Shown one piece after another: positions 8,407 to 17,472 of a stretch of 64,000 nucleotides of DNA (its first letter is position 1; each line of letters opens with the position of its first letter). Below the pieces are notes generated by a model. The model did not search any database, was not told the origin of the DNA, and worked only from the letters and a program-made list of their open reading frames with translations. The stretch spans positions 31,444-95,443 of the forward strand of contig NZ_CBFHOP010000007.1 in the NCBI RefSeq assembly GCF_965657535.1, read 5' to 3'. The DNA comes from Hydrogenophaga sp. Lineage in GTDB: Bacteria > Pseudomonadota > Gammaproteobacteria > Burkholderiales > Burkholderiaceae_C. A program made the position numbers and the translations under genes.

Positions 8407-9171
8407 TCAGAGCTGCGAAAAGTCGGGCTTGCGGCGCTCCATGAACGCGGTAAAGGCTTCGCGCGCGGCCGGCTCGCTGAGCATGCGGCCAAAGCTCTGG
8501 CCTTCTTCGGCCATGGTGGCCATGACCTGCTGTGACTGGCCCTTTTTCATTAGCCGCTTGGTCTCGATGAGCGAGCTGATGGGCTTGGCCGCCAGCTTGC
8601 GGGCAACGCTCTGCGCATAGCCTGCGGCTTCGGTGGGCGGCAGCACGCGGTTGACCAGGCCCACCTCCAGCGCCGCCTCGGCCATGAAGGGTTCGCCCAG
8701 CAGCAGCGCTTCTGCCGCGCGGTGGTAGCCCAACATCTGGGGCACCAGCAGGCTAGAGGCGGCTTCCGGGCACAGGCCCAGGTTCACGAAAGGCATGGAA
8801 AACGCTGCGTTGTCGCCGGCGTAGACCAGGTCGCAATGGAACAGCAGCGTGGTGCCAATACCCACCGCCGGGCCACACACGGCAGCAATGACGGGCTTGG
8901 GAAACTGCGCGATGCCGCGCAAGAAGCGAAACACCGGCGAGTCGTGTGAGGCGGGCGGGTTGTTCAGGAAATCGCCAATGTCGTTGCCGGCGGTGAACAC
9001 CGTCTCGACACCCTGGAAAACCACGCATCGCACGCTGGCATCGGCCTCAGCGGCCTGCAGTGCGTCGGCCAGGGCGCCGTACATGGCGGCGGTGATGGAA
9101 TTCTTCTTGTCGGGGCGGTTGAACGTGAGGGTGCAAACGCCGGCTTCGGTATGGACGAGTATGTCGCTCAT
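8407..9171 (-). CDS. Enoyl-CoA hydratase/isomerase (crotonase family)
   Basis: MSDILVHTEAGVCTLTFNRPDKKNSIT...FTAGNDIGDF...AAVCGPAVGIGTTLLFHCDLVYA is the crotonase fold signature. The long N-terminal extension of ORF 8407..10416 is antisense to the patatin gene, so I reject it. Confidence 0.9.
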   Translation of the reverse strand: MSDILVHTEAGVCTLTFNRPDKKNSITAAMYGALADALQAAEADASVRCVVFQGVETVFTAGNDIGDFLNNPPASHDSPVFRFLRGIAQFPKPVIAAVCGPAVGIGTTLLFHCDLVYAGDNAAFSMPFVNLGLCPEAASSLLVPQMLGYHRAAEALLLGEPFMAEAALEVGLVNRVLPPTEAAGYAQSVARKLAAKPISSLIETKRLMKKGQSQQVMATMAEEGQSFGRMLSEPAAREAFTAFMERRKPDFSQL

Positions 9172-9393
9172 GGTGGGTGAAATGGGTAGGGTGTGAACGG
9201 CCCGCAGTGCTCCAGTGCGGTGCATGGAGCCGGGCCGTCGGGAACGAACGGGTGGCCAAATTACCACGAAAGGCGCGCGCCGTCTGGGTCGGCATGCCCA
9301 ATGCGGGACACGCCCCCTACACTTTGCGCTGCTGCCAAGGGACTGGCCCTTGGCACCGATTGACCGACCCCGCTCATTCTGCGCGCCGCACCC

Positions 9394-11688
9394 ATGCCCA
9401 ACACCCACCCCATCCAGCACCCGCTGCACCGCCTGATGTGCTGGTGCCTGGCCGCTGCCATGCTTGTGCTGGCCGGCCCGTTGTGGGCTGCCGAGCCTGG
9501 GCCTTCCGCCCAAACCGCCAGCCGCCCGGTGGTGGGGCTGGTGCTTTCGGGTGGCGGAGCGCGCGGGTTTGCGCATGTGGGCGTGCTCAAAGCGCTGGAG
9601 GCTGCGCAAGTGCCGGTGGACCTGATCGTGGGCACGTCCATGGGCGCCATCATTGGCGGGCTCTATGCCAGCGGCATGAGCGCCGACGAGCTGGAGCGCG
9701 AAATTCTGGCGGTGGAGTGGGGCGATCTGTTCGACCGCCGGGAGCCACGCCAGCTGCTCTCGCAACGCCGCAAGGAAGAAGACTTCGAGCTCTCGCCGGC
9801 ATTGCAGCTGGGTTTTCGGGACGGCGAGTTTCGGCTGCCCAGCGGCGCTGTGTCGACCCGCTCGCTGGAAATGCTGCTGCGGCGCTACACCTTGTCGACC
9901 CGCCACCTGGCCACGTTTGACGGACTGCCCACACCCTTTCGCGCGGTGGCCACCGACATGGAAACCGGCCGACCGGTGGTGATGGAGCACGGCGACCTGG
10001 CCGCTGCCCTGCGTGCCAGCATGTCGGTGCCGGGCGTGTTTGCACCGCTGGAAGTGGATGGCCGGTTGCTGGGCGACGGCGGGCTGGTGAACAACCTGCC
10101 GGTGGACGTGGCCCGGCGCATGGGTGCCGACGTGGTGATTGCGGTGAACATAGGGACGCCGCTGGCTGGGCGCGAGACCCTGGGCAGCGTGCTGGGCATC
10201 ACGGCGCAAATGGTCAACATCCTGACCGAGCAAAACGTGCAGGCCAGCATCGCCACACTGACCAAAGAAGACCTGCTGCTGCTGCCGCCACTGGGTCAGC
10301 TCACGTCGGCCGATTTCAACCGGGCGGCCGAGCTGGTGAAGATTGGGAACGATTACGCCGAGAGCATCAGCGAGGCCCTGGTGCGCTTTGCGGCCGAGGC
10401 GCCACGCTACCAGCAATGGACCGCCGCGCGGCGCACGCAGCTGGAGGCCAATACCCAGCGCATCGGGCGCCTGGCGAGCGTGCGTTTTGAAGGGGTCAGC
10501 GAGGAACGCGCCCAGCGCCTAGCTGTGGCCCTGGACACCGCAGCGGGCTTGCGCGTGGACGTGCCACTGATTGAAGGCGACCTGCAAAAACTGGCCGCCA
10601 CCGGCGACTACGAGCGGGTGGACTACCGCCTGAGCCGGCGTGAAAACAGCGGCGAAGAGGACCTGACGATACAACTGCGACCCAACGACTGGGGGCCCAA
10701 CTACCTGCGCGTGGGGCTGGACTTGCGCACCGATTTCCAGGGCCAGGGGGCGTTCAACCTGCGCATCAGCCACAACCGCCACTGGCTCAACGAGCGCGGT
10801 GCAGAGTGGCGCAACCGCGTGCAACTGGGCGAAACGGTGGGCTTGTATTCTGAAATTTATCAGCCGCTGGACACCGCCAGCGAACGCTTTGCTGCAGCGT
10901 ATGTGGATGCCAGCCTTCGCAAAGTGGAGCTGTTCAATGCCAACGGCGATGCGCTCGCGCTGGTGCAGCGCCAAGGTATTCAGGTGGGTGCCGACCTGGG
11001 CTGGCCCATGGGCCTGCTGGGCAACCTGGGCGACATGCGCGTGGGCGTGGTGGCCTCGCAGCGGCGCACCACGCCCGAGCTGGTGGCAGGACTGGTACCC
11101 AAGGACGTGGTGCAGTCGCTCGGGTGGCGCGAGCTGGGCCTGCGCGCGGCCGTCATATCAGACCAGCTCGACTTCGCCAACTTCCCGTCGGACGGCTACC
11201 GCTTGAAAGGCGAGTTGGTCGCAGGAAGGCGCAGCTTCGAGGGCAACAGCAGCACCAGCTTCACCCGCATGGAAGGCAGCGCCACCGGGGTCAAAACCTG
11301 GGGCGTGCACACCTTCAACCTGGGTGCGCGCTTTGCCCGCGCCAGCCAGATCCCACCGGGTGCCATCGACGAATATTCGCTCGGCGGCTTCCAGCAACTC
11401 TCGGGCTACCGCGTGGGCCAGGTGGCGGGCAACTACCTGCTGTTCGGGCGCCTCACCTACTACCAGCGCCTGCCCGTTCGCATCGGTGTGGCACGGGCTC
11501 TGTTTGCGGGTGGATCGCTGGAAGCGGGCAACGCCTGGGCGCAAAGGCGCGACATCAGCTTTGACGGTCTGCGCGCGGGCGGTAGCCTGTTTGTGGGCGC
11601 AGACACCGGCATTGGCCCGCTGTACCTGAGCCTGGTCAGCGCCCCTCGCGGCTACACCGGGCTGTACCTGTTCCTGGGCCGGCCGTGA
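9394..11688 (+). CDS. Patatin-like phospholipase fused to a POTRA/Omp85 beta-barrel (PlpD-like, type Vd autotransporter architecture)
   Basis: Signal peptide (CWCLAAAMLVLAGPLWA). Patatin motifs GLVLSGGGARGFAHVGVLKAL, GTSMGA (serine) and DGGLVNNLP (aspartate). The C-terminal ~350 aa has alternating beta-strand character and ends ...GLYLFLGRP. Confidence 0.85.
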   Translation: MPNTHPIQHPLHRLMCWCLAAAMLVLAGPLWAAEPGPSAQTASRPVVGLVLSGGGARGFAHVGVLKALEAAQVPVDLIVGTSMGAIIGGLYASGMSADELEREILAVEWGDLFDRREPRQLLSQRRKEEDFELSPALQLGFRDGEFRLPSGAVSTRSLEMLLRRYTLSTRHLATFDGLPTPFRAVATDMETGRPVVMEHGDLAAALRASMSVPGVFAPLEVDGRLLGDGGLVNNLPVDVARRMGADVVIAVNIGTPLAGRETLGSVLGITAQMVNILTEQNVQASIATLTKEDLLLLPPLGQLTSADFNRAAELVKIGNDYAESISEALVRFAAEAPRYQQWTAARRTQLEANTQRIGRLASVRFEGVSEERAQRLAVALDTAAGLRVDVPLIEGDLQKLAATGDYERVDYRLSRRENSGEEDLTIQLRPNDWGPNYLRVGLDLRTDFQGQGAFNLRISHNRHWLNERGAEWRNRVQLGETVGLYSEIYQPLDTASERFAAAYVDASLRKVELFNANGDALALVQRQGIQVGADLGWPMGLLGNLGDMRVGVVASQRRTTPELVAGLVPKDVVQSLGWRELGLRAAVISDQLDFANFPSDGYRLKGELVAGRRSFEGNSSTSFTRMEGSATGVKTWGVHTFNLGARFARASQIPPGAIDEYSLGGFQQLSGYRVGQVAGNYLLFGRLTYYQRLPVRIGVARALFAGGSLEAGNAWAQRRDISFDGLRAGGSLFVGADTGIGPLYLSLVSAPRGYTGLYLFLGRP

Positions 11689-11711
11689 GCCATGGGGCCA
11701 CGGCATCGGAC

Positions 11712-12533
11712 TCAGTTTTTGTAATACACCACCTGGTGGGTGGTGGCCAGCAGGTGCCCGGCTTCGTTCCATAGCTGGGCCGTCTGGTCAAAAAACCCAT
11801 TGCGAAACGCCTGAGCGCGCGCTTGGCCCAGCACCCAGCCCTGGCCCACTTCGGCCAGCTGCGCCGAACCTGCATGGAAATACACCGTCATCGACACCGT
11901 GCCCGCAGGCACGCGTGTGGCGCGGCGCAGCCAGACGCGTGGAAAAAACACATCGGCCAACGCTGCGAGACCGCACAGGTCCAAAGCGCGTGGATGGGCC
12001 TCACGCATCCAGAGGAGCGAGAGACTGTCGCTCCCCGTGCCGTCCCAGCTGTGCGGGATCGCCCCTTCGATGGGGCGCATCTCGTAGCGCCTGATCCACT
12101 CGACCGGGGAAGGCACGGTGTACGGCGGCACCTCGGCCGGGGTCGGAACAGCGGGCATGGGCTCGTCGTCCACACTCCAGGTTTCGCGGCGCGCGGCCGT
12201 CACCGCCGATGCAGTCACCACAGTCTCAGCCTCGCCCGACGGTGCGGTCTGCGTGAGCGCCATCACCCAGTGCTGGGTCGAGCGGTTGGTGCGCACCGGC
12301 TGCGCAGACACCGTGAAAGGCCCGTCGGCCAGGGCCGCGCAAAAGTTCACCGTGAGCGACAGGGGCTCCCCCAGCAAGGCGGGATGCTGCAGCACCGCAT
12401 TCAGCACGGTGGCCGCCGTGATACCACCAAACGGCCCCACCATGTTGGCGTAGGCGGGTGAGGTGGCACCTGTGTACTCGCCATCGGCGGTGGCGATGAG
12501 CGCAATGGCTTGGTCAAAAACGTGTGGATTCAT
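11712..12533 (-). CDS. Acyl-CoA thioesterase (TesB-like double hotdog)
   Basis: MNPHVFDQAIAL...PAYANMVGPFGGITAATVLNAV...RSTQHWVMAL...FFDQTAQLWNEAGHLLATTHQVVYYK resembles thioesterase II-type proteins. Start taken at ATG 12533. It is the last gene of the minus-strand fad operon. Confidence 0.75.
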   Translation of the reverse strand: MNPHVFDQAIALIATADGEYTGATSPAYANMVGPFGGITAATVLNAVLQHPALLGEPLSLTVNFCAALADGPFTVSAQPVRTNRSTQHWVMALTQTAPSGEAETVVTASAVTAARRETWSVDDEPMPAVPTPAEVPPYTVPSPVEWIRRYEMRPIEGAIPHSWDGTGSDSLSLLWMREAHPRALDLCGLAALADVFFPRVWLRRATRVPAGTVSMTVYFHAGSAQLAEVGQGWVLGQARAQAFRNGFFDQTAQLWNEAGHLLATTHQVVYYKN

Positions 12534-12675
12534 GGACGACAGTGTGCAGAAGACGCCCTCAATTCCGAGTCGTTTGCGCGACGAGGTGCCTTCAACAAGG
12601 GCACCGCGGAACCGCCTTTGCCGGGCCGCCAGTGCCACCCGGAGGCGGACCCGAAGCGGCGCGGGGGGAACCTGG

Positions 12676-13881
12676 CTACACGCGTTCGAAGATGCCGGCA
12701 GCGCCCTGCCCCATGCCCACGCACATCGTGACCATGCCGTACTTTTTTTGGTGGCGGCGCAGCGCATGCACCACGGTGGCCGCACGGATGGCCCCGGTAG
12801 CCCCCAGCGGATGGCCGAGCGCAATGGCGCCGCCCATGGGGTTGACCTTGGCAGGGTCCAGGCCCAGCGTGTTCATAACCGCCAGCGACTGCGCGGCAAA
12901 GGCTTCGTTGAGTTCAAACCAGTCAATATCGTTCTGGTGCAGGCCGGCGTATTTGAGCGCGGCTGGAATGGCTTCGACCGGACCAATGCCCATGATGTGC
13001 GGCGGCACACCACGGCTGGCGTAGCTGACAAAGCGCGCCAACGGTGTGAGGTTGTAGCGCTGGATGGCCGCCTCGCTGGCCAGGATCAGCGCACCCGCGC
13101 CGTCGCTGGTTTGCGAGCTGTTGCCCGCCGTGACCGAGCCGCGTGCTGCAAACACCGTGCGCAAGCGCGCCAGGCTCTCGGCCGTGGTGTCGGGGCGTGC
13201 GCCTTCGTCCAGGCTCACGGTGCGGGTGGTGGTGGTGACCTCGGCGGTCTCCAGGTTCACCTGGCGCTCGGTCACTTCCACCGGCGTCATCTCGTCGGTG
13301 AACTCGCCGGCCTGCATGGCCGCCACGGCGCGGGCGTGTGACTGCACCGCAAACGCATCTTGAGCGTCGCGCGACACCTTCCACTGCTGCGCCACCTTCT
13401 CGGCCGTAAGGCCCATGCCGTAGGCAATGCCGTAGCTTTCCACGTCGTCTGTGTTGCTGAAAATGGCGGGCGACAGGCTGGGAGAATTGCCCATCATGGG
13501 CACCATGCTCATGCTCTCCACGCCGGCGGCGATCATCACGTCGGCCTCGCCCACACGGATGCGGTCGGCCGCCATCTGCACCGCAGACAGGCCCGAAGCA
13601 CAAAAACGGTTGACCGTGATACCGCCCACGGTGTTGGGCAGCCCGGCCAAGATAGCGCCAATGCGTGCCACGTTCAGCCCCTGCTGCGCCTCGGGGATGG
13701 CGCAACCACAAATGATGTCTTCAATGGCTTTGGGGTCCAGCCCAGGGGCCTGGGCCAGCGCCGAGCGCAGCGCAATGGCCAGCAGGTCGTCCGGGCGCAG
13801 GTGCTTGAAAGAGCCCTTGTGCGAACGGCCAATGGGAGTGCGGGTGGCGGCGACGATGTAGGCGTCTTGGGTTTTTTTCAT
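12676..13881 (-). CDS. Acetyl-CoA C-acyltransferase (3-ketoacyl-CoA thiolase, FadA-like)
   Basis: Thiolase signatures: VNRFCASGLSAV (active-site Cys), NEAFAAQ, GGAIALGHPLGATG and MCVGMGQGAAGIFE. Confidence 0.95.
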   Translation of the reverse strand: MKKTQDAYIVAATRTPIGRSHKGSFKHLRPDDLLAIALRSALAQAPGLDPKAIEDIICGCAIPEAQQGLNVARIGAILAGLPNTVGGITVNRFCASGLSAVQMAADRIRVGEADVMIAAGVESMSMVPMMGNSPSLSPAIFSNTDDVESYGIAYGMGLTAEKVAQQWKVSRDAQDAFAVQSHARAVAAMQAGEFTDEMTPVEVTERQVNLETAEVTTTTRTVSLDEGARPDTTAESLARLRTVFAARGSVTAGNSSQTSDGAGALILASEAAIQRYNLTPLARFVSYASRGVPPHIMGIGPVEAIPAALKYAGLHQNDIDWFELNEAFAAQSLAVMNTLGLDPAKVNPMGGAIALGHPLGATGAIRAATVVHALRRHQKKYGMVTMCVGMGQGAAGIFERV

Positions 13882-13899
13882 AGCGAGGTGCTTTCGGTA

Positions 13900-14340
13900 T
13901 TACCCCCTCTCCCGCACGCGGGAGAGGGTTGGGGTGAGGGCCTGCAACGTCTGGCAGATCTTCTCCAGCACGGCAGGGGTTTCATTCATCACTTCGTGAT
14001 TCCAGAACCTGATCACAGTCAGACCCTGGCTTTCAACCAACATGGTTCGCGCCTGATCGTAGGCTTGTTGTTCGGCGTGCTGACCGCCATCGACTTCAAT
14101 GACCAGGCCCGCTTCAAGACAGACGAAATCGAGGATGTAAGGACCCAGCGCACGTTGTCGACGGAACTTGAAGCTCTGGAAGCGACGACTGCGCAGTTGC
14201 TGCCACAGCAGTTTTTCCGCCTCTGTCATGCACTCACGCAGTTCACGCGCTTTGTCCTTGGCGCCCGCCCTCACCCCAACCCTCTCCCGCAAGCGGGAGA
14301 GGGGGTAAGACATCTCAGCCTCAGAGGGTTTCATGGGCAA
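13900..14340 (-). CDS. DUF559 endonuclease-domain protein (Vsr/restriction-endonuclease-like fold)
   Basis: ARELRECMTEAEKLLWQQLRSRRFQSFKFRRQRALGPYILDFVCLEAGLVIEVDGGQH...VIRFWNHEV is the DUF559 signature. Both ORF ends (PLSRLRERVGVRA.. and ..TLSRVRERG) are encoded by the flanking palindromic repeat, so the true start is uncertain. The body is visibly lower in GC than its neighbours. Confidence 0.8.
   Translation of the reverse strand: MPMKPSEAEMSYPLSRLRERVGVRAGAKDKARELRECMTEAEKLLWQQLRSRRFQSFKFRRQRALGPYILDFVCLEAGLVIEVDGGQHAEQQAYDQARTMLVESQGLTVIRFWNHEVMNETPAVLEKICQTLQALTPTLSRVRERG
13902..13941 (+). repeat. Palindromic ~40-bp repeat, copy A (CCCTCTCCCGC-AC-GCGGGAGAGGG + TTGGGGTGAGGGC)
   Basis: Perfect 11-bp inverted arms at 13905-13928. 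The same unit recurs at 14267-14308 (inverted) and 14369-14409 (direct). Confidence 0.75.
14267..14308 (-). repeat. Palindromic ~40-bp repeat, copy B (reverse complement of copy A apart from the 2-nt loop)
   Basis: GCCCTCACCCCAACCCTCTCCCGCAAGCGGGAGAGGGGGT equals the reverse complement of copy A, with the loop GT changed to AA. Confidence 0.75.
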
Positions 14341-14368
14341 AACTTTTGGGTGTTGTTTCTGCGATTTC

Positions 14369-14409
14369 TCTCTCTCCCGCTTGCGGGAGAGGGCGGGAGT
14401 GAGGGTCTG
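14369..14409 (+). repeat. Palindromic ~40-bp repeat, copy C (diverged direct copy of A)
   Basis: CTCTCTCCCGCTTGCGGGAGAGGGCGGGAGTGAGGGTCTGC has the same hairpin core and a diverged tail. It lies between the DUF559 gene and the 3' end of the FadB-like gene. Confidence 0.7.
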
Positions 14410-14430
14410 CTCATGCTTGGCAGCAAACGA

Positions 14431-16830
14431 TCAGTTCCGCACAGGCCGGCCAGTGTTCAGCATCCCCAAAATCCGCGCCTGCGTCTTCGGGTGCACGATC
14501 AGCGAACAGAAGGCGCGGCGCTCCAGCGTCATTAAATAATCCTCACTCACCAGCGTGCCCGGCTCCACGTCGCCGCCGGTCACCACGTTCGCGATCAGCG
14601 AGGCGATGTGGAAGTCGTGCTGGCTGATGAAACCGCCGTCGCGCATGTTGACCAGGCTGCCCAGAATGGTCGCCTTGCCCGAGCGGCCAGCCACCGGGAA
14701 CAGGCGCTTGTGCGGCGCATGGTAGCCGCCCACAAACAAGGCCTTGGCTTCGTTGATGGCCACAAACAGCAGCTCGTCCTTGTGCGGCACGATCACATCG
14801 GAATGCAACACGTAGCCCAGCTGGCGCGACTCCAACGCGCTGGTGCCCACCTTGGCCATGGCGGCGGCGGTGAAGCCTTCGGTCAGGAACGGCAGCAGAT
14901 CCTTGCCGGTCGAGGTCTCGGCATTCTCGGCCGCGCGACGGGCAATGTAGGTCAGGCCGCCGGCACCCGGCACCAGGCCCACGCCCACCTCCACCAGACC
15001 GATGTAGCTCTCCATGTGCACCACGCGGCGCGCGCTGTACACGGCCAGCTCGCAACCTCCGCCCAGAGCCAGGCCGCGCACGGCGGACACCACCGGCACG
15101 TTGGCATACCGCAGGCGCAGCATGGTCTGTTGCATGAAGCCTTCGGCGTCTTCAATCGCGCTCACGCCCACCGCCATGAAGGCGGGCAACATGGCTTGCA
15201 AATCGGCGCCGGCGCTGAAGGGCTCGTCGCCCGACCAGACCACCAGGCCCTGGTACTCTTTTTCGGCCAGGTCCACGGCGGCCATCAGGCCTTCGCACAC
15301 ATCGGGGCTGATGGCGTGCATCTTGGTTTTTATGCTGGCGATCAGCACCTCACCGTCGAGCGTCCAGATGCGCAAGCCGTCGTTCTCTTCGATGGTGGTG
15401 CCTGCGGTCTCGAACTTCGCACCGGCTTCGCCCAGCAGCAGCTCGGGGAAGTGTTGCCTGGCGTAGACCGGCAAGCTGCGGCGCGCTTCAAACACACCTT
15501 TGCTCGGGTTCCACGAACCCTGGGCGGTGTGCACGCCACCGGCCTCGGCCACCGGGCCCTTGAACACCCAATCGGGCAGCGGCGCCTGGCACAGCGCCTT
15601 GCCGGCGTCGATGTCTTCCTGGATCATCTTCGCCACGTCGAGCCAGCCGGCTTCTTGCCAGAGTTCAAACGGCCCCTGCTTCATGCCGAAGCCCCAGCGC
15701 ATGGCCTGGTCCACGTCGCGGGCGGTGTCTGCAATGCTGGCCAGATGCACGGCAGCGTAATGAAAGCTGTTGCGCAAAATGGCCCAGAGGAACTGGCCCT
15801 GCGGCCCTTCGCTGTTGCGCAGCAACTGCAGGCGCTCGGCGGCGGGGCGCTTGAGCATGCGGCCATACACCTCGTCGGCCTTGGCGCCGGCGGGTACGTA
15901 TTCACCGCTCTCCAGCTCAAAGCGCAAGATGTCGCGGCCCACCTTCTTAAAGAAGCCCGCCTTGGCCTTCTGGCCCAGATGGCCCGCATCGATCAGCGCC
16001 TTCAGCACCGGCGGCGTGCCGAAGCTCTCATAGAAAGGGTCTGTCTCCAGAGTCAGGTTGTCCTGCAGCGTCTTGACCACATGGGCCATGGTGTCCAGCC
16101 CCACCACGTCGGCGGTGCGGAAGGTGCCGCTGCTGGCGCGGCCCAGGCGCTTGCCCGTCAGGTCGTCCACCACGTCATACGTCAAGCCGAAGTTTTCCAC
16201 TTCCTTCATGGTCGCCAGCATGCCGGCGATGCCGATGCGGTTGGCGATGAAGTTGGGGGTGTCTTTGGCGCGCACCACGCCCTTGCCCAGGCCGCTGGTG
16301 ACGAAGGCTTCCAGGTCGTCGAGGATCTGGGCTTCGGTGGTCGGGGTGTTGATCAGCTCCACCAGCGTCATGTAACGCGGCGGGTTGAAGAAGTGGATAC
16401 CGCAAAAGCGCGGCTTGATCGCCTCGGGCAGCCCTTCGCTCAGCTGGGTGATCGACAAGCCCGAGGTATTGGACGCGACGATGGCGTGCTCGGCGACGAA
16501 GGGCGCGATCTTTTTGTAGAGATCGAGCTTCCAGTCCATGCGCTCGGCGATGGCCTCGATGATGAGGTCGCAGTCGCGCAGCAGCTCTATGTGCTCTTCG
16601 TAGTTGGCCTGGCCAATCAGGTCGGCGTCAGCGGCCACGCCCAGCGGCGAGGGTTTGAGCTTTTTCAGGTTGTCGATGGCGCGGGTGACGATGCCGTTCT
16701 TCGGGCCTTCCTTCGCAGGAAGATCGAACAGCACCACCGGCACCTTGACGTTGACGAGGTGCGCAGCAATTTGCGCACCCATCACGCCTGCGCCGAGCAC
16801 GGCGACTTTTTTGACTTGAAATCGGTTCAT
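14431..16830 (-). CDS. Multifunctional fatty-acid oxidation protein: 3-hydroxyacyl-CoA dehydrogenase (N-terminal) plus enoyl-CoA hydratase (C-terminal), FadB-like, 799 aa
   Basis: VAVLGAGVMGAQIAAHL Rossmann motif and 3HCDH blocks (IVASNTSGLSI, CGIHFFNPPRYMTLVEL), then a crotonase module (VVWSGDEPFSAGADL, AVRGLALGGGCELA). Confidence 0.95.
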   Translation of the reverse strand: MNRFQVKKVAVLGAGVMGAQIAAHLVNVKVPVVLFDLPAKEGPKNGIVTRAIDNLKKLKPSPLGVAADADLIGQANYEEHIELLRDCDLIIEAIAERMDWKLDLYKKIAPFVAEHAIVASNTSGLSITQLSEGLPEAIKPRFCGIHFFNPPRYMTLVELINTPTTEAQILDDLEAFVTSGLGKGVVRAKDTPNFIANRIGIAGMLATMKEVENFGLTYDVVDDLTGKRLGRASSGTFRTADVVGLDTMAHVVKTLQDNLTLETDPFYESFGTPPVLKALIDAGHLGQKAKAGFFKKVGRDILRFELESGEYVPAGAKADEVYGRMLKRPAAERLQLLRNSEGPQGQFLWAILRNSFHYAAVHLASIADTARDVDQAMRWGFGMKQGPFELWQEAGWLDVAKMIQEDIDAGKALCQAPLPDWVFKGPVAEAGGVHTAQGSWNPSKGVFEARRSLPVYARQHFPELLLGEAGAKFETAGTTIEENDGLRIWTLDGEVLIASIKTKMHAISPDVCEGLMAAVDLAEKEYQGLVVWSGDEPFSAGADLQAMLPAFMAVGVSAIEDAEGFMQQTMLRLRYANVPVVSAVRGLALGGGCELAVYSARRVVHMESYIGLVEVGVGLVPGAGGLTYIARRAAENAETSTGKDLLPFLTEGFTAAAMAKVGTSALESRQLGYVLHSDVIVPHKDELLFVAINEAKALFVGGYHAPHKRLFPVAGRSGKATILGSLVNMRDGGFISQHDFHIASLIANVVTGGDVEPGTLVSEDYLMTLERRAFCSLIVHPKTQARILGMLNTGRPVRN

Positions 16831-16877
16831 CAGTTGGTTTCCTTTAAGCGCCGCTCACTGGGCAGCGCTGGAGGGGG

Positions 16878-16990
16878 ATTCGGTCAAGAGGCACCGCAGA
16901 ACCGGCCTTGCCGGGCTGCTGGCGCCACCCCCTTGAGGGGCTCGCGCGAAGCGCCGCGGGGGTAGGTCACACCCCGCAGCGGGGGGGTCA
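16878..16990 (-). repeat. Gene-3'-end intergenic repeat family, copy 3 (minus orientation)
   Basis: The reverse complement, CCCCCGCGGCGCTTCGCGCGAGCCCCTCAAGGGGGTGGCGCCAGCAGCCCGGCAAGGCCGGTTCTGCGGTGCC, aligns with the copies at 50626 and 53777. It starts right after the stop of the DUF2147 gene. Confidence 0.6.
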
Positions 16991-17428
16991 GTTGGTCACC
17001 CGAACCCAGGTTTGCGTGCGCCCAATGCCAAACACCGAGCCGCGCACTTCCAGTTTTTTGCCAGCTTCGATCGGTGTCAGCCGCAGGGTGTAGGCCTTGC
17101 CGTTTTCGGGGTCCAGAATCTTGCCGCCTTCCCACACGTCCTTACCCTCGGTTTTCTTGGCATCACGGATGATTTCCATGCCCAGAACGGGTTTGTCTTT
17201 GCGGTCGTCGGTGCACTGATCGCACACCACATCCTGCTTGGCGTCTTTGCGCAAGAGCTTGGCCACCTTGCCAAAAAGCACGCCACCGTTGTCAGCAATG
17301 ACGATCTCGGACTTGATCTCTTTGGTCTTGTCGTCGATCGAATGCCAGGTACCCACCGGGGTGTTCTGGGCCCAGGCACCGGTCGCAAACAACGCCAGAG
17401 CAACGGCACTGAGGAAAGTCTTGATCAT
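16988..17428 (-). CDS. DUF2147 domain protein (secreted)
   Basis: Signal peptide MIKTFLSAVALALFATGAWA, then PVGTWHSIDDKTKEIKSEIVI...GKILDPENGKAYTLRLTP...LEVRGSVFGIGRTQTWVRV, typical of DUF2147. Start taken at ATG 17428. Confidence 0.85.
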   Translation of the reverse strand: MIKTFLSAVALALFATGAWAQNTPVGTWHSIDDKTKEIKSEIVIADNGGVLFGKVAKLLRKDAKQDVVCDQCTDDRKDKPVLGMEIIRDAKKTEGKDVWEGGKILDPENGKAYTLRLTPIEAGKKLEVRGSVFGIGRTQTWVRVTN

Positions 17429-17472
17429 GTAGACACCTGTGATAGTTGGATGTGAAAAAGGGAACAACCGGC

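Noticed and set aside
9172-10416. N-terminal 415-aa extension of ORF 8407..10416
   Set aside because: Only the last 254 aa (from MSDILVHTE) are crotonase-like. The extension is antisense to the patatin/Omp85 gene and is compositionally degenerate.
13902-14409. Possible CRISPR array (repeated palindromic ~40-mers)
   Set aside because: There are only three copies, in mixed orientation, with irregular spacing (326 nt and 60 nt), and two copies lie inside an ORF. No cas genes are present. I interpret them as REP-like repeat arms.
14608-16965. 785-aa + strand ORF
   Set aside because: It is entirely antisense to the well-supported FadB-like gene. Its composition is Arg/Gly/His/Ala-rich and low in complexity, as expected for shadow ORFs in high-GC DNA, and it has no motifs.
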